Shown: positions 26,753 to 34,427 of the stretch, in pieces | How the letters are laid out: each line of letters starts with the position of its first letter | Numbering within the stretch: position 1 is the stretch's first letter | IMG/VR virus record: IMGVR_UViG_3300012943_000691 | Coordinates: 1-34,796 of that record | Reading direction: 5' to 3' (one strand) | Origin: a virus | Lineage: Duplodnaviria > Caudoviricetes | DNA length: 34,796 nt | Program-made: the position numbers and the translations under genes | Notes under the pieces: model-generated | The model's input: only the letters and a program-made list of their open reading frames with translations | The model's database searches: none | What the model was told of the DNA's origin: nothing

Positions 26753-27046
26753 ATGAGCGAGTACACGGACAAGATCGAGCTGTTGAAGACGATGCTGTGC
26801 GACGGCGAGCCACTAACCGGAGACATGCTGGAGTTCGCCCTGGAGCAGGTCCCACAGCCACAGCCGAACTGGCCCAAGAGCGAGCAGATTTGGCTCGGCA
26901 TCGGCGACAAGATCAGGACGGGCCAGAAGCTGGACAACTACGAGCTGCACCTGATGGTGGACGTGATACTTCTGCACGCCGGGTTTGGAGCGGAGGAACG
27001 AGAGCGAAAGGAGCTGGCGAAGCACTTCAGCAATCATGAATGGTGA
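26753..27046 (+). CDS. hypothetical protein (97 aa)
   Basis: SD GGGAGG before MSEYTDKIELL. Confidence 0.7.
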   Translation: MSEYTDKIELLKTMLCDGEPLTGDMLEFALEQVPQPQPNWPKSEQIWLGIGDKIRTGQKLDNYELHLMVDVILLHAGFGAEERERKELAKHFSNHEW

Positions 27047-27332
27047 AGGCCGCACCCCAGTCGACTTCGATCAGTGGGTCACAAGAAAAGCAATACCACC
27101 CACTTGCTTCGCGCGGAGGGCCGAAAATGGACGCCGATGCACGCGCATTGCTGGCGACTTGCGAGCACATTCGCGGGCGTTCATGCGTAAGGTTGGAAAT
27201 CGGGCCATTTCTGACGCCCGGACTTCATGATTCATAAGTACTGAAGTCAGTTCAGCAATCGTAAATGCCGAAGTTTCTTCGTGCTAATCACTGAAGCGGG
27301 CTGTCGCGAATGCTTCGGCGTTTGCAATCGCC

Positions 27333-27406
27333 GAAGTTGGTGCCGGCTTTGCACATACTAATACGTCGCTCTATAGGTATAAGACTACAAAGGCGGCACC
27401 AACTTC
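27333..27406. repeat. 19-bp inverted repeat around an AT-richer spacer; candidate replication origin
   Basis: GAAGTTGGTGCCGGCTTTG (27333-27351) vs CAAAGGCGGCACCAACTTC (27388-27406), 18/19 match; 36-bp spacer; flanking GAAGT/ACTTC motifs. Confidence 0.65.
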
Positions 27407-27481
27407 ATTGATTTGGACCACGTAAAGGCCAGCCACTGTTCAAAGCGGCCGAGTTTTTGGCCGAATTCCCAGCCAACTTTG

Positions 27482-27487
27482 TAAATA
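27482..27487 (+). promoter_or_regulatory. TAAATA promoter motif upstream of the replication module
   Basis: TTGTAAATAGAAAGG, 37 nt before ATG 27525. Confidence 0.68.
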
Positions 27488-27524
27488 GAAAGGAGAAGAA
27501 CAACAACTCGCCAAGGAGGCGACC

Positions 27525-27905
27525 ATGAAAACATCACTTCAAATCACCGAGCCGACATCACTGATCGAGGCTCACGCCAACCTCGCCTACTACAAGGGCC
27601 TCGTCGAGCATCCCCTCGACCCTGACGCACCGGACAACGAATACGCCGCCTACGTCAAGCTCGTGGAGGCCATCATCGACCTCAACCTGCATCCCATCGC
27701 GTCTTCGTCAGACATTCAGAAGCTGGAGGCCGTGGCCGACCGGATCGCCAACAAGCTGAAGCGCTCCGAGCGCATCAAGCGTCGGGCTGACTACGTGAAG
27801 GCCCACCCCACCCCAATCGCCGAGATGATCCTTTCCGATGACGAGGCCCACGAGATTGTGGCGGCCGACGTCGTCGCGGACGAGCTGGTTGGCGTCGACG
27901 GCTAA
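27525..27905 (+). CDS. hypothetical protein
   Basis: strong SD AAGGAGG; 126 aa. Confidence 0.8.
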   Translation: MKTSLQITEPTSLIEAHANLAYYKGLVEHPLDPDAPDNEYAAYVKLVEAIIDLNLHPIASSSDIQKLEAVADRIANKLKRSERIKRRADYVKAHPTPIAEMILSDDEAHEIVAADVVADELVGVDG

Positions 27906-27908
27906 ATA
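27903..27908 (+). promoter_or_regulatory. TAAATA motif upstream of the rep gene
   Basis: CTAAATAAC; TAA is also the stop of 27525..27905. Confidence 0.45.
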
Positions 27909-27939
27909 ACAGGTCTCCCGCAGGCGCTCACATGCGCCG

Positions 27940-27966
27940 CCCCCGGTTAGCTACCGGGGGTTTCTT
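27940..27966 (+). terminator. Rho-independent terminator/attenuator just before rep
   Basis: CCCCCGGT-TAGCT-ACCGGGGG-TTTCTT. Confidence 0.75.
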
Positions 27967-27987
27967 GCGGGCGTCGGGAGAAGAAGA

Positions 27988-30900
27988 ATGAACAACATCA
28001 AGATCGCGACGGTCAGGAACCCACGCGACAGCAAGCCTCGCGTCGAGGAGCACACCGTCGACGAGTTCGTGCGGCTGGTCTCAACAGTGCCACGCGCCAG
28101 GACCACGGGATACGAGCAGTACCACTTCCAGAAGTCGGAGCTCAAGCGTCTGACCGCCGAGGCGTCGAACGCCAAGGACCGCGGCGACATCGACACGGCG
28201 AAGGAGTTGAAGCGACAGGCGACCCTGTACAAGGACGCCCTCAACAACGCCAAGTTCGGCGCCGGCATCCTGCCCTTCGTCTACGAGCGCGACGAGACCT
28301 ACTACCTCGACGCGTCGGGCAGGCCGCATCGCGCGGGCGTGAACTCATGTACCCACTTCAGCATGCTCGTACTCGACGTCGAGTCTCGCACCACCATCGG
28401 CGAGATCACGGAGGCCATCGGTAGATTCCACTGGGTGCTGTGGCCCACCGTCTCGCACCGGCCCGAGGACCCTCGCTACAGGGTCTGCATGTTCCTCGAC
28501 GGTCCGCTCCCAGTGGCCCAGGCCCAGGCGCTGATCCTCAGGATCGACGCCCTCCTGCCGGACAGGAATCCCCCGTCCTCGACAACGCGCTGCATAGACC
28601 CGGTGAGCGCCGAGGCCGCGAGGTTGATGTTCCTGCCGCGCTGGCTCGATGGACATCCCGACGAGTATCGCGCCGTTCACAACCACGGCGTCGCCGTCTC
28701 GGACGAGTCGCTCCCCTCCACCCCCGAGATCGAGTCTCGGATCGCCGCCAGGGCGAGGGCCCAGGCCGAGCACCAGGAGGAGCGCAGGTCGGCCGCGAGG
28801 TCATCCACCTCGTCGTCGACCTCCGACGCGACAGTCGTCGACGCCAGCGGCAAGGTCTGGCTCAACCCCGACTTCGTCGTCGAAGCCGACGACGGCTACT
28901 ACGCGATCCGTGAGATCAAGCGAAAGCACTCGGGCGTTAGGTGCCCCGTCCACCACGACGCGTCGCCGTCCGAGTTCATCGCCCCGAACCGGCACACAGG
29001 AAGGCCGCAGCTCGTCTGCAAGCAGTGCGGCGTCATCAAGATGCACCCGGGCAAGCCGTGGCACGACCCGCGCGACGACGACGCCCCCTCGTCGCTGGTG
29101 CTCGTGCGGAAGAAGCGTGACCCACAGGCCGCGGCGGCCGACGAGCCGCGCGAGGTCGTCACCCTCCCCCTCGTCGACTACGTGCCCCAGCAGTCGGCCG
29201 TCGTCTTCGAGGAGCGCTACCTGCCGGACCTCACGCCGATCATGCCCGAGCGCGGCGTGCTGTTCGTCCGCTCCCCCAAGGGCACCGGCAAGACGCACGG
29301 CCTCGCGCGCGCGATACGCGACGCTCGGCGGCAGGGCCGAAGGGTGCTTGTCCTGACCCACCGCCGCACGCTGGCGACGAACCTGTCTGCCAGGCTCGGC
29401 CTCGCCAACTACCAGGACCAGGAGTCGCTCACGGACTACGTCGTGGTCTGCGTGAACAGCCTGTCCACCATGATGAGCGAGCTGGACGACGACTACGACC
29501 TCGTGATCGTCGACGAGTCGGAGCAGGTCCTGCGCAACTTCCTGGGCGACCACCTCAAGCGCGACATCAACGACGTGTTCTCGAAGACGCTGCGGCTGAT
29601 CGAGCGCGCCAGGCAGGTCGTCTGCCTCGACGCGGACATGACCTACGAGGTGACCCTCACGATCATCGACGCCATGCGCAACCCGGCCGCGCACCCGGAC
29701 GACGAGTACCGCGCCGTCGTGAACGAGCACCTCGTCGGCGAGGGCCTGAGGATCGACATGCGCGACACCATGGAGGAGATGGTGCACAGGGTGCACGAGC
29801 TGTCCGACAGGCGGCTGTTCGTCATCACGAGCACCAAGCGCGTGGCGAACGCCGTCTCGGCGATGCTGAAGGACCTCGGACGTCGCGTGCTGCTCCTCAC
29901 TGGCGAGACCAACATGTCCAGGTCGAAGGCCGTCGACGAGTTCCAGGCGGACCCCAACGAGGCCATCCTCAAGTACGACGCCGTTGTCGCGTCCCCTGCC
30001 CTCCAGACCGGCGTGTCCATCGACCGCGAGTACTTCGACCACGTCATCGGCATATTCCCGTCGGTAGACGGCATCACGTGGCAGGACCACGACCAGGCCA
30101 TCCACAGGGTCAGGCGCTGCGCGAACCCCATCGAGGTGTTCATCGAGGAGCGGAAGCTCGACAAGCTCGGTCTGTTCCTCGACCCCGTCGAGTCCCTCGC
30201 CGCCGCGGCCAAGGCGAAGTCCTCGAAGTCGCGCCGCGCGGTGCGCCCGGGCGAGGCGGTCGTGCTGACGGAGGGCGAGAAGGTGTGGGCCCTCACGGAG
30301 TCCGCGCTGACCGTCGCCGTCGCGGCTGACTGCCACGGACGCCGGGCGAAGTTCGCCCACGCGGCCAACGCCCTGGGATTCACCTGCGGGCAGCTCCCAA
30401 GGGACACCGCGAGGGTGGAGGCGGGGTCGGAGCTCTGGATGCAGTACGACCAGCCGAGCGACCAGGCGCTCCGCATCTTCTCCGCGCGCCCGATAACGAT
30501 GGGGGAGTACCTTGAGCTGCGGCGCAAGCACGGCAGCCTGTCAGAGGACGAGTACCTATCGATCAGGCGCTACAGGCTCGCCGAGAAGCTCGGGGACGAC
30601 ATGACCTTCGAGATGGTGCAGCAAGCCCTCAAGGACGACCTGCTCTCGGTCCTGTACCGGGCGCGCATGGTGGCCCTTGAGTCCGACGCCAACAGACGCG
30701 AGGCGGACGTCAGGTCCCTGGAGCGGAACAGCACGACGTTCACGAGGGCGGACAGCTGGACCATGGAGCACGAGCTCCTCGTAGACGGTCTCGTCTCCTC
30801 CGCAGGGCTGGACTTCGTCGACCTGTGCTCGCGCCTCGCGTCCGGCGAGGACGTGCTGGTAAGCGCGGCCACCATGGACGCCATGTGCGACGCAGTCGAC

Positions 30901-31248
30901 AGGAACGCCGCGAACTTCAGGCACTTCTTCAAGCTGCGGTCCCAGAGCATCCAGCAGGCGGTCCGCCGAGCAGAGGAGATCGCACTCGCGTTTGGCGGTG
31001 GCGACTCCTTCGACCGCGCGGCCGCAGAGGAGGCGGCGCGCCTGAAGCGTCGCAAGCGGGTGTGGGACGCCACCCTCGGGAGGATGGGCCTCAAGCTGTC
31101 GTCGAGGCGCGAGTGGAACGCGGACCGCACCGCGCAGCACCGCTCGTACATGCTTTCGTCGAGATCCCTCAGGCAGACGGCCACGGCGATCCTCGCGGAG
31201 AAGCGCGACGTCGCCGCCCAGAGGCCGTTCGGGTACGTCAGGGTCTGA
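27988..31248 (+). CDS. replication protein: primase-polymerase-like N-domain, Zn finger and SF2 helicase (UL9 origin-binding / CyRepA1-like)
   Basis: LVLDVE and TVSH..PRYRV (AEP-like); CPVHHD..PS..CKQC (Zn-binding); Walker A RSPKGTGKT, LTHRRTL, Walker B IVDESEQ, LDAD, SPALQTGVSID, QAIHRVR. Confidence 0.85.
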   Translation: MNNIKIATVRNPRDSKPRVEEHTVDEFVRLVSTVPRARTTGYEQYHFQKSELKRLTAEASNAKDRGDIDTAKELKRQATLYKDALNNAKFGAGILPFVYERDETYYLDASGRPHRAGVNSCTHFSMLVLDVESRTTIGEITEAIGRFHWVLWPTVSHRPEDPRYRVCMFLDGPLPVAQAQALILRIDALLPDRNPPSSTTRCIDPVSAEAARLMFLPRWLDGHPDEYRAVHNHGVAVSDESLPSTPEIESRIAARARAQAEHQEERRSAARSSTSSSTSDATVVDASGKVWLNPDFVVEADDGYYAIREIKRKHSGVRCPVHHDASPSEFIAPNRHTGRPQLVCKQCGVIKMHPGKPWHDPRDDDAPSSLVLVRKKRDPQAAAADEPREVVTLPLVDYVPQQSAVVFEERYLPDLTPIMPERGVLFVRSPKGTGKTHGLARAIRDARRQGRRVLVLTHRRTLATNLSARLGLANYQDQESLTDYVVVCVNSLSTMMSELDDDYDLVIVDESEQVLRNFLGDHLKRDINDVFSKTLRLIERARQVVCLDADMTYEVTLTIIDAMRNPAAHPDDEYRAVVNEHLVGEGLRIDMRDTMEEMVHRVHELSDRRLFVITSTKRVANAVSAMLKDLGRRVLLLTGETNMSRSKAVDEFQADPNEAILKYDAVVASPALQTGVSIDREYFDHVIGIFPSVDGITWQDHDQAIHRVRRCANPIEVFIEERKLDKLGLFLDPVESLAAAAKAKSSKSRRAVRPGEAVVLTEGEKVWALTESALTVAVAADCHGRRAKFAHAANALGFTCGQLPRDTARVEAGSELWMQYDQPSDQALRIFSARPITMGEYLELRRKHGSLSEDEYLSIRRYRLAEKLGDDMTFEMVQQALKDDLLSVLYRARMVALESDANRREADVRSLERNSTTFTRADSWTMEHELLVDGLVSSAGLDFVDLCSRLASGEDVLVSAATMDAMCDAVDRNAANFRHFFKLRSQSIQQAVRRAEEIALAFGGGDSFDRAAAEEAARLKRRKRVWDATLGRMGLKLSSRREWNADRTAQHRSYMLSSRSLRQTATAILAEKRDVAAQRPFGYVRV

Positions 31249-31279
31249 CCCGCGTCGGCCGCCCGATCGAGCTCTCGAC

Positions 31280-31285
31280 TAAATA
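31280..31285 (+). promoter_or_regulatory. TAAATA promoter motif
   Basis: CTAAATAGAAGCA downstream of rep; terminator about 60 nt later. Confidence 0.6.
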
Positions 31286-31341
31286 GAAGCATCGGCATCG
31301 TGATGGGTTCGCGCTGCCGGCAGACGAGTATCTCCCGTCGG

Positions 31342-31366
31342 AGGCCGCCGAATTGGCGGCCTTTTT
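31342..31366 (+). terminator. Rho-independent terminator
   Basis: AGGCCGCC-GAATT-GGCGGCC-TTTTT. Confidence 0.85.
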
Positions 31367-31390
31367 ACTGGCCCTCCGCATGCACTCCCA

Positions 31391-31396
31391 TAAATA
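31391..31396 (+). promoter_or_regulatory. TAAATA promoter motif upstream of the small-gene operon
   Basis: CCATAAATACCTTCG after the terminator; SD AAGGAG and ATG 31442 follow. Confidence 0.7.
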
Positions 31397-31441
31397 CCTT
31401 CGCGGCAACCCACATCGGCCGCTCACAACAAGGAGATGCAA

Positions 31442-31570
31442 ATGCAACACTCGATTCCCGAGTTCTACACACAAGCCAGTTTGGCCATCGTCGCGGCCGT
31501 CGCCATAGGACAGGCCGTCGGCCTCCTCTGGCCCACACCATCGATCAAGGGCGGAGGAGCGCGGTCATGA
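31442..31570 (+). CDS. 42-aa single-TM membrane peptide (MQHSIPEFYTQASLAIVAAVAIGQAVGLLWP...)
   Basis: SD AAGGAG; ATGA overlap with next gene; absent from the ORF track. Confidence 0.65.
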   Translation: MQHSIPEFYTQASLAIVAAVAIGQAVGLLWPTPSIKGGGARS

Positions 31571-31713
31571 GCGTCTTCTGCGAGAGCACGCCAGAGCTGC
31601 TTCGATGGCTCAAGAGAATCACGGCCAAGGGAGCGGTGACGAACGTCTTCCGCAGTCGCGGCGGCTTCGTCATCGAGTTCACGGCGCCGGACATCGCCAA
31701 GGCGGTCCTGTGA
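31567..31713 (+). CDS. 48-aa hypothetical protein (MSVFCESTPELLRW...)
   Basis: SD GGAGGAG; translationally coupled on both sides. Confidence 0.65.
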   Translation: MSVFCESTPELLRWLKRITAKGAVTNVFRSRGGFVIEFTAPDIAKAVL

Positions 31714-31913
31714 AGTCGCCGCTCGAACTCCACGACGACGAGCTGGACGCCGATCCGACGCTGGTGTGCCTGACCTTCGAGGATTTCCGCTCCGCGATGG
31801 CTTTCTTCAAGGAGGCTCAGGTCGATCACTTCATCTGCTTCTGGTCCTCAAGGAGGGTCGCTCCGTCGCTATGGCGAGCGTGGTTCAGGCCGAGCTCCAG
31901 GTATTTCCAGTGA
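31710..31913 (+). CDS. 67-aa hypothetical protein
   Basis: GTG start overlapping the upstream TGA (GTGA). Confidence 0.55.
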   Translation: MKSPLELHDDELDADPTLVCLTFEDFRSAMAFFKEAQVDHFICFWSSRRVAPSLWRAWFRPSSRYFQ

Positions 31914-31978
31914 AAGATTCTTCGACGGTGGGATTTCAACCGCGACAGCATTGGTGCTTTGACACCGGGAGATCTTCA

Positions 31979-32371
31979 ATGAGTAAGTTTGTGCTGATTC
32001 TACTGGGCTGCCTCGCGTCAGCCCCGGCCCTCGCCGGCAGGCACGACCTGTCGGTCGGTATCGAAGGCGACTGGCGCGATGCCTACAGAGTGGCCCACCG
32101 GATGATCGACGAGTGCTTCGTCGCCAAGGACCAGTTCGGCCTAAGCAAGCAAGTTGTCGGGGCGAGCTTCGACCCGATCCTGGAAGTGGGAACCGTATCG
32201 CTCACGATGACGTCGCCATTCGGAGCTTCGAGCATGCTGGACGTCGTCGTCTCGCCGACGGGCGTGACCATCAGGCCGAACGCCATCGGGTACCGTGGAC
32301 GAGCTCGCCTCGCTGCGGCCCTGTTGCCGCAGTGGCTGGCTGGCGGAGACAGCTGCAAGACTTCGGATTGA
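31979..32371 (+). CDS. exported protein with signal peptide
   Basis: SD GGGAG; MSKFVLILLGCLASAPALA signal peptide; two further Cys in the mature part. Confidence 0.7.
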   Translation: MSKFVLILLGCLASAPALAGRHDLSVGIEGDWRDAYRVAHRMIDECFVAKDQFGLSKQVVGASFDPILEVGTVSLTMTSPFGASSMLDVVVSPTGVTIRPNAIGYRGRARLAAALLPQWLAGGDSCKTSD

Positions 32372-32431
32372 GCGAGGCTTGGTATTTCGCCTAAGTAGCA
32401 CGTTCGCCGGTCGTGTGCTCTGTAACCGGCA

Positions 32432-32437
32432 TAAATA
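32432..32437 (+). promoter_or_regulatory. TAAATA promoter motif with no convincing downstream ORF
   Basis: GCATAAATACCTCG; terminator about 100 nt later. Confidence 0.6.
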
Positions 32438-32441
32438 CCTC

Positions 32442-32570
32442 GTCGAGCAGTCGACCGGCGTTGATCAACGATCTAATGCGTGCATTCTCCAATGACGTCG
32501 ACAAGCCCTCAATTGATCGAGAGAGGGCACAAATGAAAAGGCCCCGGCGTGTGACAGCCGGGGCCTCTTT
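32442..32570 (+). ncRNA. candidate structured small RNA
   Basis: lies between TAAATA and a terminator; several short stems; no SD-led ORF. Confidence 0.35.
32536..32570. terminator. bidirectional Rho-independent terminator
   Basis: AAA-AGGCCCCGGC-GTGTGACA-GCCGGGGCCT-CTTT between convergent units. Confidence 0.85.
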
Positions 32571-32590
32571 GCTTCTGCTGGTGGCCGACG

Positions 32591-32989
32591 TCAGTCGAGG
32601 AACCAGTAGATCCTGTCGTCCCTCAGGCTCTCAAGGTGCTCCAGCTGCTCGCACAGCAGCTGGTCCTCGCCGTCGGCGACCAGTCCGCGCTTGGTGATCG
32701 CGTAGTCGCTGATGACGCTGATCCCGTAGATGACCTCGACCTCGTCGGCAGTGAACGTCCCCTCGTAGCCGTTCAGAGAGACCATCTTGAGCCCGCCCAT
32801 CTCGGTGATCCACCTCCTTGTCGACGGCGTCAGCTCGAACGGCTTGTTCGTGCCGTCCAGCGTGACCCAGTTGTCTATGGTGGCGAGCGGGCTGAGCGTG
32901 GGCGTGTTCATCCCGATCAGCTGCTGGAGCCTCCAGTAGACGGCGACGTCGTGCGGCCTCCTGCTTCCTCGAATCTGCGGTCTGCTCAT
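32591..32989 (-). CDS. hypothetical protein
   Basis: 132 aa, directly after the recombinase; SD GGGAG. Confidence 0.7.
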   Translation of the reverse strand: MSRPQIRGSRRPHDVAVYWRLQQLIGMNTPTLSPLATIDNWVTLDGTNKPFELTPSTRRWITEMGGLKMVSLNGYEGTFTADEVEVIYGISVISDYAITKRGLVADGEDQLLCEQLEHLESLRDDRIYWFLD

Positions 32990-32990
32990 G

Positions 32991-33539
32991 TCAGATCTCC
33001 CTCTGGTACATGGCCGACAGGTCGGCGTCGGTCAGTTGGATGTAGGCAAATGTCGTCGCTGGGCTGGAGTGGTTCAGCGCCTTGGCGATGACCTCGATGC
33101 GGGTGCCGCGCTCGTAGTTCAGCCGTGCGAACGTCTTGCGGCCGGTGTGGCTGGCGGTCGGCTTCTTGATGCCCGCCGCCCTGCACCACTTCTTCCACAG
33201 CCGCGAGAGGGTGTGGACCGTCAGCCTCGTCCCCCGCTTGTGGCCCGTGAACAGAGCCTCGTCCTTGGTCTTGCCGACGGAGATGGCTGCGAGTGCCTGC
33301 CTCACCGTCGGGTTGATGGGGACAATCCGCCGCTTTTTGGTTTTCTGCTCCCTCACGTTCAGCGCGTCGCCATCGACGTCGCCGACGTTCAGCGCGAGGA
33401 TGTCCGACGCTCGGAATGCCGAATTGCATCCGAGCACGAACAGCGCGTAATCCCGGGGGTCTCGGCGAAGGTGCTCCTTGACCCTCGCGACCTCGGACTC
33501 GGTGAGTGGGCTCACAGGCCCCTTCGGGCCGGGCTTCAT
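32991..33539 (-). CDS. tyrosine recombinase (catalytic domain only)
   Basis: RDYALF, FRASDIL (R), EQKTKK (K), HTGRKT (HxxR), LNHSS (H), TFAYI (Y). Confidence 0.93.
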   Translation of the reverse strand: MKPGPKGPVSPLTESEVARVKEHLRRDPRDYALFVLGCNSAFRASDILALNVGDVDGDALNVREQKTKKRRIVPINPTVRQALAAISVGKTKDEALFTGHKRGTRLTVHTLSRLWKKWCRAAGIKKPTASHTGRKTFARLNYERGTRIEVIAKALNHSSPATTFAYIQLTDADLSAMYQREI

Positions 33540-33736
33540 GACGGCCTCCCGTCGACTTCAAGGTCGAACGATCCGGGGCCGTTGCCCTCGTCGTCGCTGG
33601 AGAACCACAGCACGAACCGCCTATTGTCGCGTCGAAGCTGGAGTCCGTAGAACTCGTCGTTCTCATCCTTGACCAGTCCGACGACTTCCGCGCCAATCAG
33701 CGGCTGGAGCTTCTTGAGGTAGAAGGCGGCGCTCAC
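33536..33736 (-). CDS. hypothetical protein (66 aa)
   Basis: coupled by overlaps to both neighbours. Confidence 0.7.
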   Translation of the reverse strand: MSAAFYLKKLQPLIGAEVVGLVKDENDEFYGLQLRRDNRRFVLWFSSDDEGNGPGSFDLEVDGRPS

Positions 33737-33999
33737 TGGCCGTCCTCTGCGTCGCTGTTGATCTGGCCGACCGCATCCTCAAGCTGCTTCTCAATGTTGT
33801 GGTGTTCGAGGTCCAGCTCGGCGGTCTCCTCCACCAACTGGATCAGCTCGAACGCTCGGACCACCAGTCGCTTTGCCGCGGCCAGCTCCGTCCTGCTCAG
33901 CGGCTTCTCGTCGCCGGAGATGAGGTTCTCCATCACATCGACGCACTCGTCGAAGTCCCGCGCCGTGTTCTCGAACCGGCAATAGCTCATGTTGCTCAT
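33733..33999 (-). CDS. hypothetical phage protein (MSNMSYCRFENT...)
   Basis: SD AGGAG; 88 aa. Confidence 0.75.
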   Translation of the reverse strand: MSNMSYCRFENTARDFDECVDVMENLISGDEKPLSRTELAAAKRLVVRAFELIQLVEETAELDLEHHNIEKQLEDAVGQINSDAEDGQ

Positions 34000-34001
34000 C
34001 T

Positions 34002-34037
34002 AATGCTCCTGTTGACGCCGAATGGCGTAGGAGCATT
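34002..34037 (-). promoter_or_regulatory. SD-sequestering hairpin of the recombinase operon
   Basis: AATGCTCCT-ACGCC-ATTC-GGCGT-CAAC-AGGAGCATT-AG-ATG. Confidence 0.7.
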
Positions 34038-34188
34038 GGGTCGTGTTTGGTCGATTTTCGTAGCCGGGCGACCTGACGTAATGCGCTCAGAAAATGCGGC
34101 CCGTTAGTCGACGGATGCGCGTACTGCGAGAACTGGTCGCGACCTAATCACTCCACCAGCAATCACGCTGGCACTTAGGAGATGAGAG

Positions 34189-34362
34189 ATGGCAAAGCCA
34201 AACGCCGCTGCTACACCGGCCCGCAAGCCGGTGTCCACCTTCGTCCGCATCGTCAAGCAGATCAAGAAGGCCGCGATCGACGACAAGGTCACCGTTGAGG
34301 AGCTGGACAAGATCAGTGGCCTCGCGTCGAGCCTCAAGGGGATGATCCTGTCCAACGACTGA
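34189..34362 (+). CDS. 57-aa hypothetical protein (MAKPNAAATPARKPVSTFVRIVKQIKK...)
   Basis: SD AGGAG; followed by a terminator; absent from the ORF track. Confidence 0.7.
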   Translation: MAKPNAAATPARKPVSTFVRIVKQIKKAAIDDKVTVEELDKISGLASSLKGMILSND

Positions 34363-34385
34363 GGCCCGAGACTCAGACCAGCAAC

Positions 34386-34417
34386 AAGGCCGGACTAACC
34401 CTCCGGCCTTTTTCTTT
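34386..34417 (+). terminator. Rho-independent terminator
   Basis: AAGGCCGGA-CTAACCC-TCCGGCCTT-TTTCTTT. Confidence 0.82.
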
Positions 34418-34427
34418 GGAGATTCAG

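Noticed and set aside
11509-27908. TAAATA as merely a TAA stop codon plus AT-rich spacer
   Set aside because: Only 3 of 16 copies (11509, 15697, 27903) coincide with the stop codon of a called gene; the rest do not, and the spacing and hairpin geometry argue for a promoter.
28801-30531. Long antisense and alternate-frame ORFs (e.g. 576 aa opposite rep; 8574..10001, 18000..19304)
   Set aside because: Shadow ORFs expected from GC-rich codon bias; no motifs, and they fully overlap well-supported genes.
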